Of a stretch of DNA of 64,000 bases, positions 8,755-19,160 are shown one piece after another. A model generated the notes under the pieces. It worked only from the letters and a program-made list of their open reading frames with translations. It was not told the DNA's origin and did not search any database. A program made the position numbers and the translations under genes. The stretch is from positions 20,574 through 84,573 of the forward strand of contig JAZUNZ010000003.1 of assembly GCA_045604405.1 (NCBI GenBank), written 5' to 3'. Numbering within the stretch: position 1 is the stretch's first letter; the number at the start of each line of letters is the position of its first letter. Source of the stretch: Clostridia bacterium (GTDB lineage: Bacteria > Bacillota > Clostridia > TANB77 > CAG-465).

Positions 8755-8955
8755 CTAACCTATCCAATTAGATATTAAATCCCATATTTTAGTATCAGCC
8801 ATCTCTAATACAAGGTCAATCCCTAATACTACAGCTGACACTACTATAACTAGTACTAATACCCATAAAGTATTATTTACTATTTGTTTTTTTGTTGGCC
8901 ATACTACTTTCTTAAGTTCAGCCTTTGTGTCTTTTAAAATACCCATAGTGTTCAC
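8755..8955 (-). CDS. secE: preprotein translocase subunit SecE
   Basis: ELKKVVWPTKKQ followed by a single TM helix, in the rpmG-secE-nusG context. The start may instead be the ATG at 8946. Confidence 0.85.
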   Translation of the reverse strand: MNTMGILKDTKAELKKVVWPTKKQIVNNTLWVLVLVIVVSAVVLGIDLVLEMADTKIWDLISNWIG

Positions 8956-8965
8956 ATCCTATTCA

Positions 8966-9115
8966 TTATTTTGTTTCTTTATGTGTTGTGTGTTTTTGAC
9001 AGAATTTACAAAACTTATTTAATTCAACTCTCTCTGTAGTATTTCTCTTATTTTTGCTTGTTTCATAATTTCTTTGTTTACATTCTGTACATGCTAATGT
9101 TATATTTTCTCTCAT
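8966..9115 (-). CDS. rpmG: 50S ribosomal protein L33 (49 aa, missing from the ORF track)
   Basis: Hand translation: [49 protein letters not shown]. This has the CxxC...CxxC L33 signature and SD GGAGGTG upstream. Confidence 0.9.
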   Translation of the reverse strand: MRENITLACTECKQRNYETSKNKRNTTERVELNKFCKFCQKHTTHKETK

Positions 9116-9158
9116 CTTTACGCACCTCCGAATATTTGCCATTTACATATGCTATACT

Positions 9159-9187
9159 AGTTTACCATAAACAGACAAAAAAGTCAA
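9159..9187 (-). promoter_or_regulatory. putative promoter of the rpmG-secE-nusG-rplKA operon (TTGACT - 17 - TAAACT, with TGG upstream)
   Basis: -35 at 9182-9187 and -10 at 9159-9164 on the minus strand. The -35 sits inside the terminator hairpin of the upstream gene (9181-9213). Confidence 0.45.
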
Positions 9188-9224
9188 CAAAACTATTCAG
9201 TTTTATTGACTTTTTATTTATTTT

Positions 9225-9719
9225 TTAACTTTCAGTTAATTTTACTTTGCCTGTTTCCAATACACTACGTATAAGTCCATCATGTTTACCTGCAACCTTT
9301 ATAAGGGTTGATGCAGAGGTATTGGGATGATCTACGATCATTGCCGCATGTCGATATACGTCTATGTGACGTTCTGCAATTTTTTCAATATCTTCAGAAC
9401 AAACACTGTGATTTTCAAGCAACAAGCCCGCCATTACACAACTACACTCTGCCGCTAACTCGTGGAGTATTTCCTGGGGAGTAGACGAATTTCCGGCCAA
9501 AGAATAGTCTACCCTCTCCTTGTATTTATCATACAAATACTTTAAAGTCCTCTCATCTGCGTACCGGTTTTCAGCAATTGTCTCAGCCAACAGTACTTCA
9601 TTGAATTCAAGCAATTGTTTCAGATTTTCGGCGCTCCTACTTTCTTTTGCCATAATTTCAAGCAACTCATTTGAGCAATGATTCAAATCGAAGCTAATCA
9701 TTTTAATTCCTCCAAGCAT
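9225..9719 (-). CDS. hypothetical protein with HEAT/LRV-like helical repeats (164 aa), GC-elevated
   Basis: Repeated pattern ...N..T..E.L..LA... (AENRYADERTLKYL, GNSSTPQEILHELA, ENHSVCSEDIEKIA, DHPNTSASTLIKVA). About 40% GC against about 30% in the flanks. Confidence 0.45.
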   Translation of the reverse strand: MLGGIKMISFDLNHCSNELLEIMAKESRSAENLKQLLEFNEVLLAETIAENRYADERTLKYLYDKYKERVDYSLAGNSSTPQEILHELAAECSCVMAGLLLENHSVCSEDIEKIAERHIDVYRHAAMIVDHPNTSASTLIKVAGKHDGLIRSVLETGKVKLTES

Positions 9720-9912
9720 TTATATTATATTTAATTGTTTTGCCTTTTGCCAAGAAATTTATTATATCATCAAGATTATCCTCATCTTCTTTTCTCTTAA
9801 TGCTATCAATTAGTTCCTTGGACACATTGTTTTTTCCCGCTTTTGCAATGTTAAGCCACAACAAAGCAACCATTACTGGTATAAACGTTAGTATTATTAG
9901 AACCGCTACCAT
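9703..9912 (-). CDS. small membrane protein (69 aa)
   Basis: N-terminal TM helix. Overlaps the next ORF by 17 nt, which suggests coupling. Confidence 0.4.
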   Translation of the reverse strand: MVAVLIILTFIPVMVALLWLNIAKAGKNNVSKELIDSIKRKEDEDNLDDIINFLAKGKTIKYNINAWRN

Positions 9913-9993
9913 TTTATAATCTCCTTCTAAAGTTTTATTTGGATTGTATTTTTAACTTTGTTATTATACCACAATTACCTTCATATTGCAACT

Positions 9994-10016
9994 AAAACAG
10001 GGCATCGCCCTGTTTT
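9994..10016 (-). terminator. hairpin terminator AAAACAGGGC-gat-GCCCTGTTTT overlapping the amidase stop codon
   Basis: Perfect 10-bp stem. Confidence 0.6.
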
Positions 10017-11814
10017 AACGATATTCTCTATTTATCTGTCTTCTTTTTCTTGCTTGTGTAGTTTTCTTCTTTTTGCCCTTCTTTTTGCTTTTCTTTTTCT
10101 TTTTTAGCTTCGCTTTTATAATTGCAAAAAGAATTAATGTACCAATTATTCCTGCACCTATTTTTATCGCATTCATTTTTTGCTGTTGTTCTTTATCCTT
10201 AATTGCAGCTTCATTGTAATTATTAATTAATGTTATAGCTTCTTGCTCATGATTAGAATATGTATTGTAGTCTCTAAAAAACTCTTGCATATCTTGTTTT
10301 ACATCGCTATATGCTGATTTATTTAATGTTTCTTGATTTTCTTTATATAGTTCAACGAGTCTAGTTACGTCATCGTCTATTCCATACAAGTTTGGTGCAA
10401 GTTTAGACATATTAAATTCATCTTCAGTTACTAGAAAGTCGGATATTGTATAAAGAGTTTTTTCATCTGTTGATTTAGCTACAAATTCTATGCCATATGG
10501 CAAGCCATCTTTTCCAAATCCCATAGGAATAGATATTGCCGGCATTCCCGCGACTGGCGATATTGCGAAACTCGGCGACACAACAGAAGCGTCATTTATA
10601 CTTGTTATCTGGTTTTTAGTTGTAGGATATGCTAGAACATCTACATCATATTTATCCATTTGTGATTCAATATAATCTTCATATTCCTTATGTTTTTCTT
10701 GGTACGTATTTAATTTCGAAATATCATCTTCGCAAGCACCCTCGTAAAGCGGCAAATCTTGTATATATTTTCCAGTCTCTACAAGATCTGAAAAGCTTCT
10801 TTGTTTGCTGTTAGTATTTTGTATGTATTGATTAAAGAAATAGCACATGCTCCAACCGCCAATCGTGCTGTTATAATAGTTATATGCAGTACTGTTATAT
10901 AAATCGTCTATATATATTATTTCTACTCCTTTATCTTTCAAATTGTCTATATTTGTATTAAACAAATCTAATACAACTTCGTCTGTAGAGTTTGCAATAG
11001 GGATGTAACTTAAATTGCTGTCGCCTTCTACAAATTGAGACAATACTCCAATTTTTATTCCTTTTGCATAGTCTTTATACTCTATATATTTGCTCATATT
11101 ATCTGTTAATACATCTAATAAAATAGCATTGTCCGACGTATATTTCGTCATTGGTCCTGCCGTATCTCTTGATGTATCATAATTTATAATGCCTTCTGAT
11201 TTTAACAATTTGTATGTTGGTCTAAGTCCTATTAAATTTGCAGCAGATGCTGGTACTCTTATAGATGAATTGGTGTCTGTTCCAATACCTGCAACAGCCA
11301 TGCCTGTACTTACTGCAACTGCAGTTCCACCAGAGGAGCCATAAGACGTAAGACTGGTGTCATACGCATTTTTAACAGTGCCATATGAGCTTCTAGATAG
11401 CGACGCACTAAAGGCAAATTCACTCATGTTTGCCTTTGCTATAATCAACGCCCCACTATCCAAAAGATTTTGAACTATAGCAGCATTTTGTTTTGGATAA
11501 TTATCCGATAAAGCACTTGCCCCAGCAGTAGTAGGCATTTTTACATAATCTATATTGTCTTTTATTACAAGCGGCATTCCGAATAGCATTGATGTTCTTC
11601 CGCTTTTCTTGTATTGCTCATCCAACTTTTTTGCTTCATCTACTATATTTTCATTTATTGAAATTATGGCATTAAATTCGTCGTTATATTCTTTGATTCT
11701 TTCTAAGTATATCTTTGCAATTGTCTCATAGTTTACGAGTCCAAGATCAACCGCCTCTTGGATTTCTTTTATAGACAATTTTAAAATATCTATTGGTGCT
11801 TTAGTATACTCCAT
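10015..11814 (-). CDS. amidase-signature family enzyme with a C-terminal TM anchor and poly-lysine tail (599 aa)
   Basis: GatA-like amidase signature GSSGGTAVAVSTGMAVAGIGTDTNSSIRVPAS. C-terminus IGAGIIGTLILFAIIKA followed by KLKKKKKSKKKGKKKK. Confidence 0.85.
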   Translation of the reverse strand: MEYTKAPIDILKLSIKEIQEAVDLGLVNYETIAKIYLERIKEYNDEFNAIISINENIVDEAKKLDEQYKKSGRTSMLFGMPLVIKDNIDYVKMPTTAGASALSDNYPKQNAAIVQNLLDSGALIIAKANMSEFAFSASLSRSSYGTVKNAYDTSLTSYGSSGGTAVAVSTGMAVAGIGTDTNSSIRVPASAANLIGLRPTYKLLKSEGIINYDTSRDTAGPMTKYTSDNAILLDVLTDNMSKYIEYKDYAKGIKIGVLSQFVEGDSNLSYIPIANSTDEVVLDLFNTNIDNLKDKGVEIIYIDDLYNSTAYNYYNSTIGGWSMCYFFNQYIQNTNSKQRSFSDLVETGKYIQDLPLYEGACEDDISKLNTYQEKHKEYEDYIESQMDKYDVDVLAYPTTKNQITSINDASVVSPSFAISPVAGMPAISIPMGFGKDGLPYGIEFVAKSTDEKTLYTISDFLVTEDEFNMSKLAPNLYGIDDDVTRLVELYKENQETLNKSAYSDVKQDMQEFFRDYNTYSNHEQEAITLINNYNEAAIKDKEQQQKMNAIKIGAGIIGTLILFAIIKAKLKKKKKSKKKGKKKKTTQARKRRQINREYR

Positions 11815-11932
11815 ATATTACTCCCATACTATATAGTTACCATACTTTATTTGTTTTTGCAATTAATATAAATAAATTTACACAATTTAAATCAAAAAAG
11901 AAACAGTGTCTTGTACACCATTTCTTTTTTTG

Positions 11933-12355
11933 TTATACATATATAGAAACCAGCTTGTCTTTTATAGTGATAGGCAAAATATTATATGCGCCCAGTTCAC
12001 TTTTACTTATCCTTACTATTTCATACAACCCATATTTACTGTCTATATTCATGTTTTGGAATTCTTCTGCACTTCCTTGTTTAATCTTGCCACTTAATAC
12101 AGTTGCAAAATAGAAACATTCTTGTTTATCTAAATCCTCACTATATTCTTCTATCAAAAGTTCTTCAAGCTTAATATCTACATCCAACTCCTCTTTAGCC
12201 TCTCGCACCCCTGCTTGTTCCCATGTTTCGCCCTCGTCAAGATGTCCTCCAGGCAACACATAATATGTTTTTATTCCTCCATTTATTTTCTTAGTCCTTT
12301 TTATGAATATAATATTTTTTCCCTCTTCTATAATAAGTCTTGTGGCTTTTTTCAT
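11933..12355 (-). CDS. NUDIX hydrolase
   Basis: Nudix box GGHLDEGETWEQAGVREAKEELDV. Confidence 0.85.
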   Translation of the reverse strand: MKKATRLIIEEGKNIIFIKRTKKINGGIKTYYVLPGGHLDEGETWEQAGVREAKEELDVDIKLEELLIEEYSEDLDKQECFYFATVLSGKIKQGSAEEFQNMNIDSKYGLYEIVRISKSELGAYNILPITIKDKLVSIYV

Positions 12356-12364
12356 ATCTCACCT

Positions 12365-12799
12365 CTAGTGAGCGTGATCACACGCTTTACAACATCCTTT
12401 ACATTTGTTTACTTCAAATTCGCTTTCTCTACCCGTCTTTTTTAAATAGTCCATAATTGCAGCCTTTACAGCTTCTTCAGCAAGCACCGAACAATGAAGT
12501 TTTACAGGAGGCAAACCTTCCAACGCTTCAACAACCGCCTTATTTGTAAGTTTTAAAGCCTCTTGTATTGTTTTTCCTTTTATCATCTCAGTTGCCATAG
12601 AACTTGTTGCTATAGCCGCTCCACAACCAAAAGTTTTAAAAGATATGTCTTTTATTATATCATCTTCTATGTATAGATACATTCTCATTATATCTCCACA
12701 TTTTGCATTTCCAACTTCTCCTACAGCATTGTAGTTTTCAAGTTCTCCTACATTTCTTGGGTTTGAGAAATGATCCATTACTTTTCTTGTATATTGCAT
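12365..12799 (-). CDS. nifU: Fe-S cluster assembly scaffold NifU/IscU type
   Basis: VGNAKCGD...FKTFGCGAAIATSS...KLHCSVLAEEA are the three conserved Cys motifs. An extra C-terminal tail reads CKGCCKACDHAH. Confidence 0.9.
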   Translation of the reverse strand: MQYTRKVMDHFSNPRNVGELENYNAVGEVGNAKCGDIMRMYLYIEDDIIKDISFKTFGCGAAIATSSMATEMIKGKTIQEALKLTNKAVVEALEGLPPVKLHCSVLAEEAVKAAIMDYLKKTGRESEFEVNKCKGCCKACDHAH

Positions 12800-12826
12800 T
12801 TAATTGTACTTCCTTTCTGTGTTATA

Positions 12827-13120
12827 TTATTGATTAACGCTTTTTATATCTTGTAATTCAAATCTATATTTTTGTTTTACGTTTGGATATTTATTATGAT
12901 CTACTTCGCTTAAAAACATTTCTAAAGGCCTTATCCATAGACTAGCATCACCGTACAAACTTCTATAAACAACATATTTTTCTTTAGTTTCAGAGTGACC
13001 AGCGACACCCACAACTAAATAATAATCTCCCTTAAAATGTTTATAAATACCGTTTATTTTCAATTCATTCATAATTTTTTCTCCTATCGTTTTGTTGTTT
13101 CCAATATCTATATTATACAA
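12827..13120 (-). CDS. DUF1653 family protein
   Basis: [11 protein letters not shown]...[19 protein letters not shown] is the DUF1653 pattern. The start is probably the internal MNELKING. Confidence 0.65.
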   Translation of the reverse strand: MYNIDIGNNKTIGEKIMNELKINGIYKHFKGDYYLVVGVAGHSETKEKYVVYRSLYGDASLWIRPLEMFLSEVDHNKYPNVKQKYRFELQDIKSVNQ

Positions 13121-13242
13121 TATTATGTTGAAAAAATCAATAAATATTGCGGCTTATGCTCTCTAAAGCTGCCACTAAAAACAGCTATATTACAATGACA
13201 GTGATTCATGTATTCCAGCACAATTGAAAACAATGTATTTTA

Positions 13243-13746
13243 TTATATCAAACTCTTATTTCTACATACATTATATAAAACATCATATTCTTCTTTAGTT
13301 GGTTCTTCCCAAAGAGATTCTAATTTTTTCATTAATCCTTCATCTAAATAAAAATCCGATCCGCCATTTCCCTCTTGAACCCTTTTATTTCTCTCTACAA
13401 TATTTCGTTTCCATGTTTCATCATCAACACAAACGTAATGAATTTCACATTCTATTCCTAATTTTTTATAATACTCTCTAACTTCTTGTCTTTCTTTTTT
13501 TGACCATAAACCTCTTTCAAAAATAACATTAGCTCCAGCTTGTGCAATTTCTCCAACTTTTCTAGTTAAGTAGTTATTTAATCTTTTTGAAAAAATATCA
13601 TAGAACTCTCCTTGTTCATTATTAAGTAATTCATAGGTTGCTTCGTCTGGAGATATAATTACTGCATTAAACTCATCTTTTAATTGTTTTGAATAGTAAC
13701 TTTTACCGCTACATATTTTCCCACATGTTAATATTACTTTTCCCAT
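13243..13746 (-). CDS. P-loop ATPase/kinase (AAA_33-like)
   Basis: Walker A GKICSGKS at the N-terminus; size about 165 aa. Confidence 0.65.
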   Translation of the reverse strand: MGKVILTCGKICSGKSYYSKQLKDEFNAVIISPDEATYELLNNEQGEFYDIFSKRLNNYLTRKVGEIAQAGANVIFERGLWSKKERQEVREYYKKLGIECEIHYVCVDDETWKRNIVERNKRVQEGNGGSDFYLDEGLMKKLESLWEEPTKEEYDVLYNVCRNKSLI

Positions 13747-13757
13747 AAAATCAACTC

Positions 13758-14294
13758 CTATATTTTCTTTTTGTAGAATATAATTACATTTTCCTCTTGC
13801 ATTGAAGGAACATCTTTTGATGGTTCATATTCTATCACCGTTTTTATATAATCTCTAAATCCTAAATGAAAATATATTTCAATGTTCCTAACTGCTTCTG
13901 GTCCAACACCTAATGATAATTCAGTATAACCTCGATTTTTCAAATCATTTTCAACAAATTTATATAATTTACTAAAATATCCTTTTCCTTCTTGTTCTTT
14001 GTTAGTCCTAAAAGCTGCTAAATATACCATATTATCACTTAATAAACCAGAAGGTTCACTTATATCACCAATAAAAGCCGAATTTTTAACATATGCGGTA
14101 GCTTCACATATAATTTCATCGCCTAAAAATCCTAAATATGAAATCGTACTTTTTTCATCATAGTGTTTTAGTGCATTTTCTTTAAATTCTACCCACTTAT
14201 TATTACCTGGATGTATTTCTACTAAATACTCCCATCTTTTTAACAATTCATCTCTGTTTGCAACTTTACAAATAAAATTTTCCATAATTATCAC
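13758..14294 (-). CDS. GNAT family N-acetyltransferase
   Basis: Acetyl-CoA binding pattern RTNKEQEGKGYFSKLYKFVENDLKNRGY. Confidence 0.7.
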   Translation of the reverse strand: MIIMENFICKVANRDELLKRWEYLVEIHPGNNKWVEFKENALKHYDEKSTISYLGFLGDEIICEATAYVKNSAFIGDISEPSGLLSDNMVYLAAFRTNKEQEGKGYFSKLYKFVENDLKNRGYTELSLGVGPEAVRNIEIYFHLGFRDYIKTVIEYEPSKDVPSMQEENVIIFYKKKI

Positions 14295-14434
14295 ATCCTT
14301 TATAATTATATCATATTAACATTTTTATGGCTGATTTGTTAAAAACTTATCTAAATATATTTTTTGATATAAAACCATAAAGTTCTTAAACAATAAAAAC
14401 CCCGCAAAATTTTATTTTACAAGGGTTTTATAAT

Positions 14435-17221
14435 TTATTTTCCGCAACATTGTTTATATTTCTTGCCAGACCCACAAGGACATGGTTCGTTTCTTCCAAC
14501 AGTTTTTTCTACTCTTACAGGTTCTCTTTTTTTAGGTGCTTCATTACTTGCAACAGCCTGTCTCATATTTGATAATTCTGCTTTATTAAAGCTATCTACT
14601 TTATTAATGCTTTGTCCAAGTTTATTCATTGTAGCATTTGTATTTTCTGCATTGTATTTTAAAGTAAATATTGCGCGTATTGTATCCTCTTTAATCTTAT
14701 TTGACATTTCATCAAACAAATCAAAGCTCTCCATCTTGTACGCATCTACCGGATTAGTTTGACCATACGCTCTTAAATGAATTCCTTCCTTTAAATGCGC
14801 CATATCATCAATGTGAGATTGCCATTTTTCGTCTACAGTTCTTAACATTATTAATTTTTCAATAACGTTGTACTGTTCTTCTAATCCTTGATTCTTAAAT
14901 GTCTCTTTTTTGTCGTCATAAATTTTGAATATTCGTTCAATTAATTTTTCTTGTAGTTGCTCCATACCCAACTTACTATCTTGTTCAGTCACCATGCTAT
15001 CTACTGCAAAAAGACTTTGAAGATTTGTATTTAATCCTTCTAAATCAACAGCTTCATGTCTATCTAAATGAGCCATATAAAGTTCTACTACATTTTCTAT
15101 TTTGTGTTTTGTTATATTCTTAACAACATCTTCAATAGATTCACTATCTAGTATTTGTCTTCTTTGTGAATATATAACATTACGTTGTTTGTTCATAACA
15201 TCATCGTATTCAAGCACACTTTTTCTAATGCTATAGTTTCTTCCCTCAACTCTTTTTTGAGCCGTTTCAATTGCACCTGTAAGCATTTTTTGTTCTATTG
15301 GCATATCCTCAGGAAGCCCCATCATATCTGCTAAATATTGAACTTTATCCGAGCCAAATAGTTTCATAAGATCATCTTCTAATGATATGTAGAATCGTGA
15401 TTCACCTACATCTCCTTGACGTCCTGCACGACCTCTTAGCTGGTTGTCTATACGTCTTGACTCGTGGCGTTCGCTACCAATTATTTTAAGACCTCCTGCT
15501 GCTATTACTTGTTCTTTTTCATCTTTTAGCTTTTCCTTAAAATCTTTTTCTAACTTATGATATTCTTCCCTAAGCGCAAGTATTTCTTGATCCATAGTAG
15601 GTATTGGACTTTGAGCTAGCTCTATTTTTTCAAGTTCTATACCTTTTTTCTCTAAAACTTTTCTTGCCATAAACTCAGGATTACCACCAAGCAATATGTC
15701 CGTACCACGACCCGCCATATTAGTTGCTATTGTTACTGCTTTATATTTACCTGCTTGAGCCACTATCTCAGCTTCTCTAGCATGATATTTTGCATTAAGC
15801 ACTTCATGAGGAATTCTCTGTGCTCTTAAAAGTTTGCTCAATTCTTCGGATTTCTCTATAGAAACCGTACCAACTAGAACTGGTTGGCCTTTTTCGTAAC
15901 TTTCTTTTACATCCTCTACTATTGCATTAAATTTTCCTTTTTCAGTTTTGTATACTACATCGTTTCTATCTTCACGAACAACCGGTTTATTGGTTGGTAT
16001 TTCTACAACATCTAAACCAAATATTCCTTTAAACTCAGCTTCTTCAGATTTGGCTGTACCTGTCATTCCTGCAAGCTTTTTATATAACCTAAAATAGTTT
16101 TGGAATGTAATTGTTGCTAATGTTTTAGATTCTCTAGCTATTCTTACTCCCTCTTTAGCTTCTATTGCTTGGTGAAGTCCCTCGCTATATCTTCTGCCTT
16201 CCATAATACGACCAGTGAATTCATCAACGATTAATATTTCTCCATTTTGTTCTATGTAGTCTATGTCTTTTTTCATTATTCCATAAGCTCGCAATGCTTG
16301 GTTTACATGGTGGGAAATTTCCATGTTTTCTACATCTGTTAAACACTCGATTCCAAAGTAATCTTCACATCTTTTTGTTCCGCGTTCTGTTAATGCTGTA
16401 GTTTTCGCCTTTAAGTCTACTACATAATCATAATCTTCGTCTGATTCGTCAAAATTTTTGTTGTCTGCTTCTACTATTATTTTTGGTTTTAGACTTTTTA
16501 CTAGCTTATCTGTTTTTGTATAAAGCTCCGTTGACTCCTTGCCCATACCAGAAATTATAAGTGGAGTACGCGCTTCATCTATTAATATACTATCTACTTC
16601 ATCGACAACAGCATAATTTAAATCTCTTTGCACCATGTCAGCTTTAGACATACACATATTATCTCTTAGATAATCAAAGCCAAATTCATTATTTGTTCCA
16701 TATGTAATATCACTTGCATAAGCCATTTGTTTTTGACTTGGAGTCATATTTGGTACAACTAGTCCTACCGTAAGTCCTAAAAATTTATATAATTTTCCCA
16801 TCCAAGCACTGTGATATGTTGCTAAGTAGTCATTTACTGTTATAATGTGCACTCCCTTTCCAGTTAGCGCATTAAGGTAAGCCGGCAATGTTACAACAAG
16901 TGTTTTTCCCTCACCCGTTTTCATTTCTGCAATTCTTCCTTGATGTAGTATTATTCCACCAATTAATTGTACTTTAAAATGCTTCATATTTAAAACTCTT
17001 GACGATGCTTCTCTTACCACAGCAAAAGCCTCTGGCAATATATCTTCTAGAGTTTGACCTTGTTCAAGTCTTTTCTTAAATTCTTCTGTTTTATTTCTTA
17101 ATTCTTCATCAGAAAGTTGTTGCATTGGTTCATCTAATGCCTCTATTTTTTCTACTATAGGCATTATTCTTTTTATTTCTTTTTCGCTATATGATCCGAA
17201 TATTTTTTCAATTAACCCCAT
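14435..17221 (-). CDS. secA: preprotein translocase ATPase SecA
   Basis: Full-length SecA with a C-terminal zinc finger ([14 protein letters not shown]). Confidence 0.97.
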   Translation of the reverse strand: MGLIEKIFGSYSEKEIKRIMPIVEKIEALDEPMQQLSDEELRNKTEEFKKRLEQGQTLEDILPEAFAVVREASSRVLNMKHFKVQLIGGIILHQGRIAEMKTGEGKTLVVTLPAYLNALTGKGVHIITVNDYLATYHSAWMGKLYKFLGLTVGLVVPNMTPSQKQMAYASDITYGTNNEFGFDYLRDNMCMSKADMVQRDLNYAVVDEVDSILIDEARTPLIISGMGKESTELYTKTDKLVKSLKPKIIVEADNKNFDESDEDYDYVVDLKAKTTALTERGTKRCEDYFGIECLTDVENMEISHHVNQALRAYGIMKKDIDYIEQNGEILIVDEFTGRIMEGRRYSEGLHQAIEAKEGVRIARESKTLATITFQNYFRLYKKLAGMTGTAKSEEAEFKGIFGLDVVEIPTNKPVVREDRNDVVYKTEKGKFNAIVEDVKESYEKGQPVLVGTVSIEKSEELSKLLRAQRIPHEVLNAKYHAREAEIVAQAGKYKAVTIATNMAGRGTDILLGGNPEFMARKVLEKKGIELEKIELAQSPIPTMDQEILALREEYHKLEKDFKEKLKDEKEQVIAAGGLKIIGSERHESRRIDNQLRGRAGRQGDVGESRFYISLEDDLMKLFGSDKVQYLADMMGLPEDMPIEQKMLTGAIETAQKRVEGRNYSIRKSVLEYDDVMNKQRNVIYSQRRQILDSESIEDVVKNITKHKIENVVELYMAHLDRHEAVDLEGLNTNLQSLFAVDSMVTEQDSKLGMEQLQEKLIERIFKIYDDKKETFKNQGLEEQYNVIEKLIMLRTVDEKWQSHIDDMAHLKEGIHLRAYGQTNPVDAYKMESFDLFDEMSNKIKEDTIRAIFTLKYNAENTNATMNKLGQSINKVDSFNKAELSNMRQAVASNEAPKKREPVRVEKTVGRNEPCPCGSGKKYKQCCGK

Positions 17222-17414
17222 AAAGTTCTTCCTTTCGTCCTTAAATACATGAGCTATTATATCACAGTCTCCGCTATTTTTAAAGGCATTTATTAAGTTT
17301 ATTAATAGCTATTATCCTCCGTTCGGATTTTATGTTGACTAAGCAGCGTAATTGTGTTATAATTTGGTTGTAGCTATTATTAGCTCCGAAAATAATTTTT
17401 AAGGAGGTCTTCCT

Positions 17415-17903
17415 ATGTTTGACTCAATAATAAAGAAAGTGGTGGCGCGGAATAGAGAAAGAGAAATAGTTGAATCTTCTTACGAAGAAATGCAACAATT
17501 TATATTAACTCCTATTCAGCCTGATTTCGATGATGAAACAATAATTGCTGTTAAATTTCTTGTTTGCTCTGACGAATCATTAGATGATGCTGATGAAACC
17601 TCATGGTTCATCAATCCTATATACACTCCTCAACTGCCAGAATTAAACTTTTATGAAATAGAGGAGGAGCTTTACGTCGAACCTACAAAATACTTTGATT
17701 CTCGTTATTTTTCATCTATTCATCCAAAGCTCGCTTCAGAGTTTTTGCCTGAGCTTATCTTAATCGCGCCAAGCTATCCTATGATATCTGTCTTTCAAGA
17801 ATATCAAACTTTTCGTAATGAATTGATATTAACTGGCCTTTTAGAAAAGGACGAAAGCGAAAGGTTTGATATGTTTATCGAATGGCTTTCAAAACGATAT
17901 TAA
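17415..17903 (+). CDS. hypothetical acidic protein (162 aa)
   Basis: ORF with SD AAGGAGGT. No domain recognised. Confidence 0.5.
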   Translation: MFDSIIKKVVARNREREIVESSYEEMQQFILTPIQPDFDDETIIAVKFLVCSDESLDDADETSWFINPIYTPQLPELNFYEIEEELYVEPTKYFDSRYFSSIHPKLASEFLPELILIAPSYPMISVFQEYQTFRNELILTGLLEKDESERFDMFIEWLSKRY

Positions 17904-17990
17904 CTTCATTATTAACCAAAGTGACTTTTCACTTTGGTTTCTTTTTTGCATAAATACTCTATTTAATGAATAGTATTTAGTAATTATAAT

Positions 17991-18485
17991 TTGAGGTGGA
18001 TTATGTTTGTATGTAATTTAAAATTAAATTTGAAAAAAGTCTTGATTGTCGCTGCTATTATAACAATCGGGATCGCTATGTTTTTTGAAATAACCAACAT
18101 GATAAAAGATAAAAACGTTACTTCTTTTGATTATGTGTTAGACAGCGAAAATTTTACAGAAATTCTTAAAACAGTTCATGATAACATAGATGCAAATGTC
18201 GGCAAAACTATAAAATTATCTGGATTTGTATTTAGGCTTCCGGATTTTAGAGCTGGTTATTTTGTTTGTGGTAGAAATATGGTTCTTGACGAATCCGAAA
18301 AGGTTGTAGGCTTCTTATGTACATATAACGGAGATATATCTCTTACCGATTCTGAATGGGTAGAAATTACTGGAACAATTATTAAAGGGTATTATGCTAC
18401 CGATATGCCTGTTATTGAAGTAACTACAATAAATAAAATTACGGCACCGCCAAATACTTTTGTAAAAACTCCAGATTTTTTATAA
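17991..18485 (+). CDS. membrane-anchored hypothetical protein (C-terminal domain reminiscent of TIGR03943/DUF1980)
   Basis: N-terminal TM helix, then a beta-rich domain ending ...WVEITGTIIKGYY...PVIEV. The family call is weak. Confidence 0.4.
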   Translation: MRWIMFVCNLKLNLKKVLIVAAIITIGIAMFFEITNMIKDKNVTSFDYVLDSENFTEILKTVHDNIDANVGKTIKLSGFVFRLPDFRAGYFVCGRNMVLDESEKVVGFLCTYNGDISLTDSEWVEITGTIIKGYYATDMPVIEVTTINKITAPPNTFVKTPDFL

Positions 18486-18536
18486 CTTTCATGCTATAAC
18501 GTTTATTTTGTGTTATAATGTTTATGAGGTGTTAAT

Positions 18537-19109
18537 ATGAGTAAATTAAAATGGAAGCCAGGAACTATGGTATACCCTTTGCCTCCAGTAATGGTATCTT
18601 GTGGCGACATGGAAAAGAGCAATATCTTAACAATAGCATGGACGGGAATAATCTGTACTGATCCTGCGATGACTTATGTGTCTATTCGTAAAGAAAGATA
18701 TTCTTACGATATTATAAAAGAAAAAGGAGAATTTGTAATAAATCTTGCAAGCAGCAACCTTGCGCATGTAGTAGATTTTTGCGGTGTTAGATCTGGAAAA
18801 AATATCGACAAATTTAAAGAGTGTAATCTTACAAAAGAACCTGCTACAGAAGTGTCTGCCCCTATGATAAAAGAGTGCCCTATAAACATAGAATGTAGAG
18901 TCAAAGAAATAAAAGAACTAGGTACTCATGATATGTTTATGGCAGAAATCCTAGCAGTAAATGTCGATGATAAATATTTAGATGATACTGGAAAATTTGA
19001 CATGGAATCTTGCAATCTTTTAGCGTATTCTCATGGTCAATACTACTCTTTAGGCGAAAAACTTGGCAAATTCGGCTTTAGTGTAGAAAAGAAAAATAAG
19101 AAAAAATAA
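18537..19109 (+). CDS. flavin reductase family protein
   Basis: Flavin_Reduct pattern PPVMVSCG...NILTIAWTG...FVINL. Confidence 0.8.
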   Translation: MSKLKWKPGTMVYPLPPVMVSCGDMEKSNILTIAWTGIICTDPAMTYVSIRKERYSYDIIKEKGEFVINLASSNLAHVVDFCGVRSGKNIDKFKECNLTKEPATEVSAPMIKECPINIECRVKEIKELGTHDMFMAEILAVNVDDKYLDDTGKFDMESCNLLAYSHGQYYSLGEKLGKFGFSVEKKNKKK

Positions 19110-19160
19110 CTCCGCTAAAAGCGGAGCTTTTTGTATAAAATATATCTTAAATTAGTAAAA

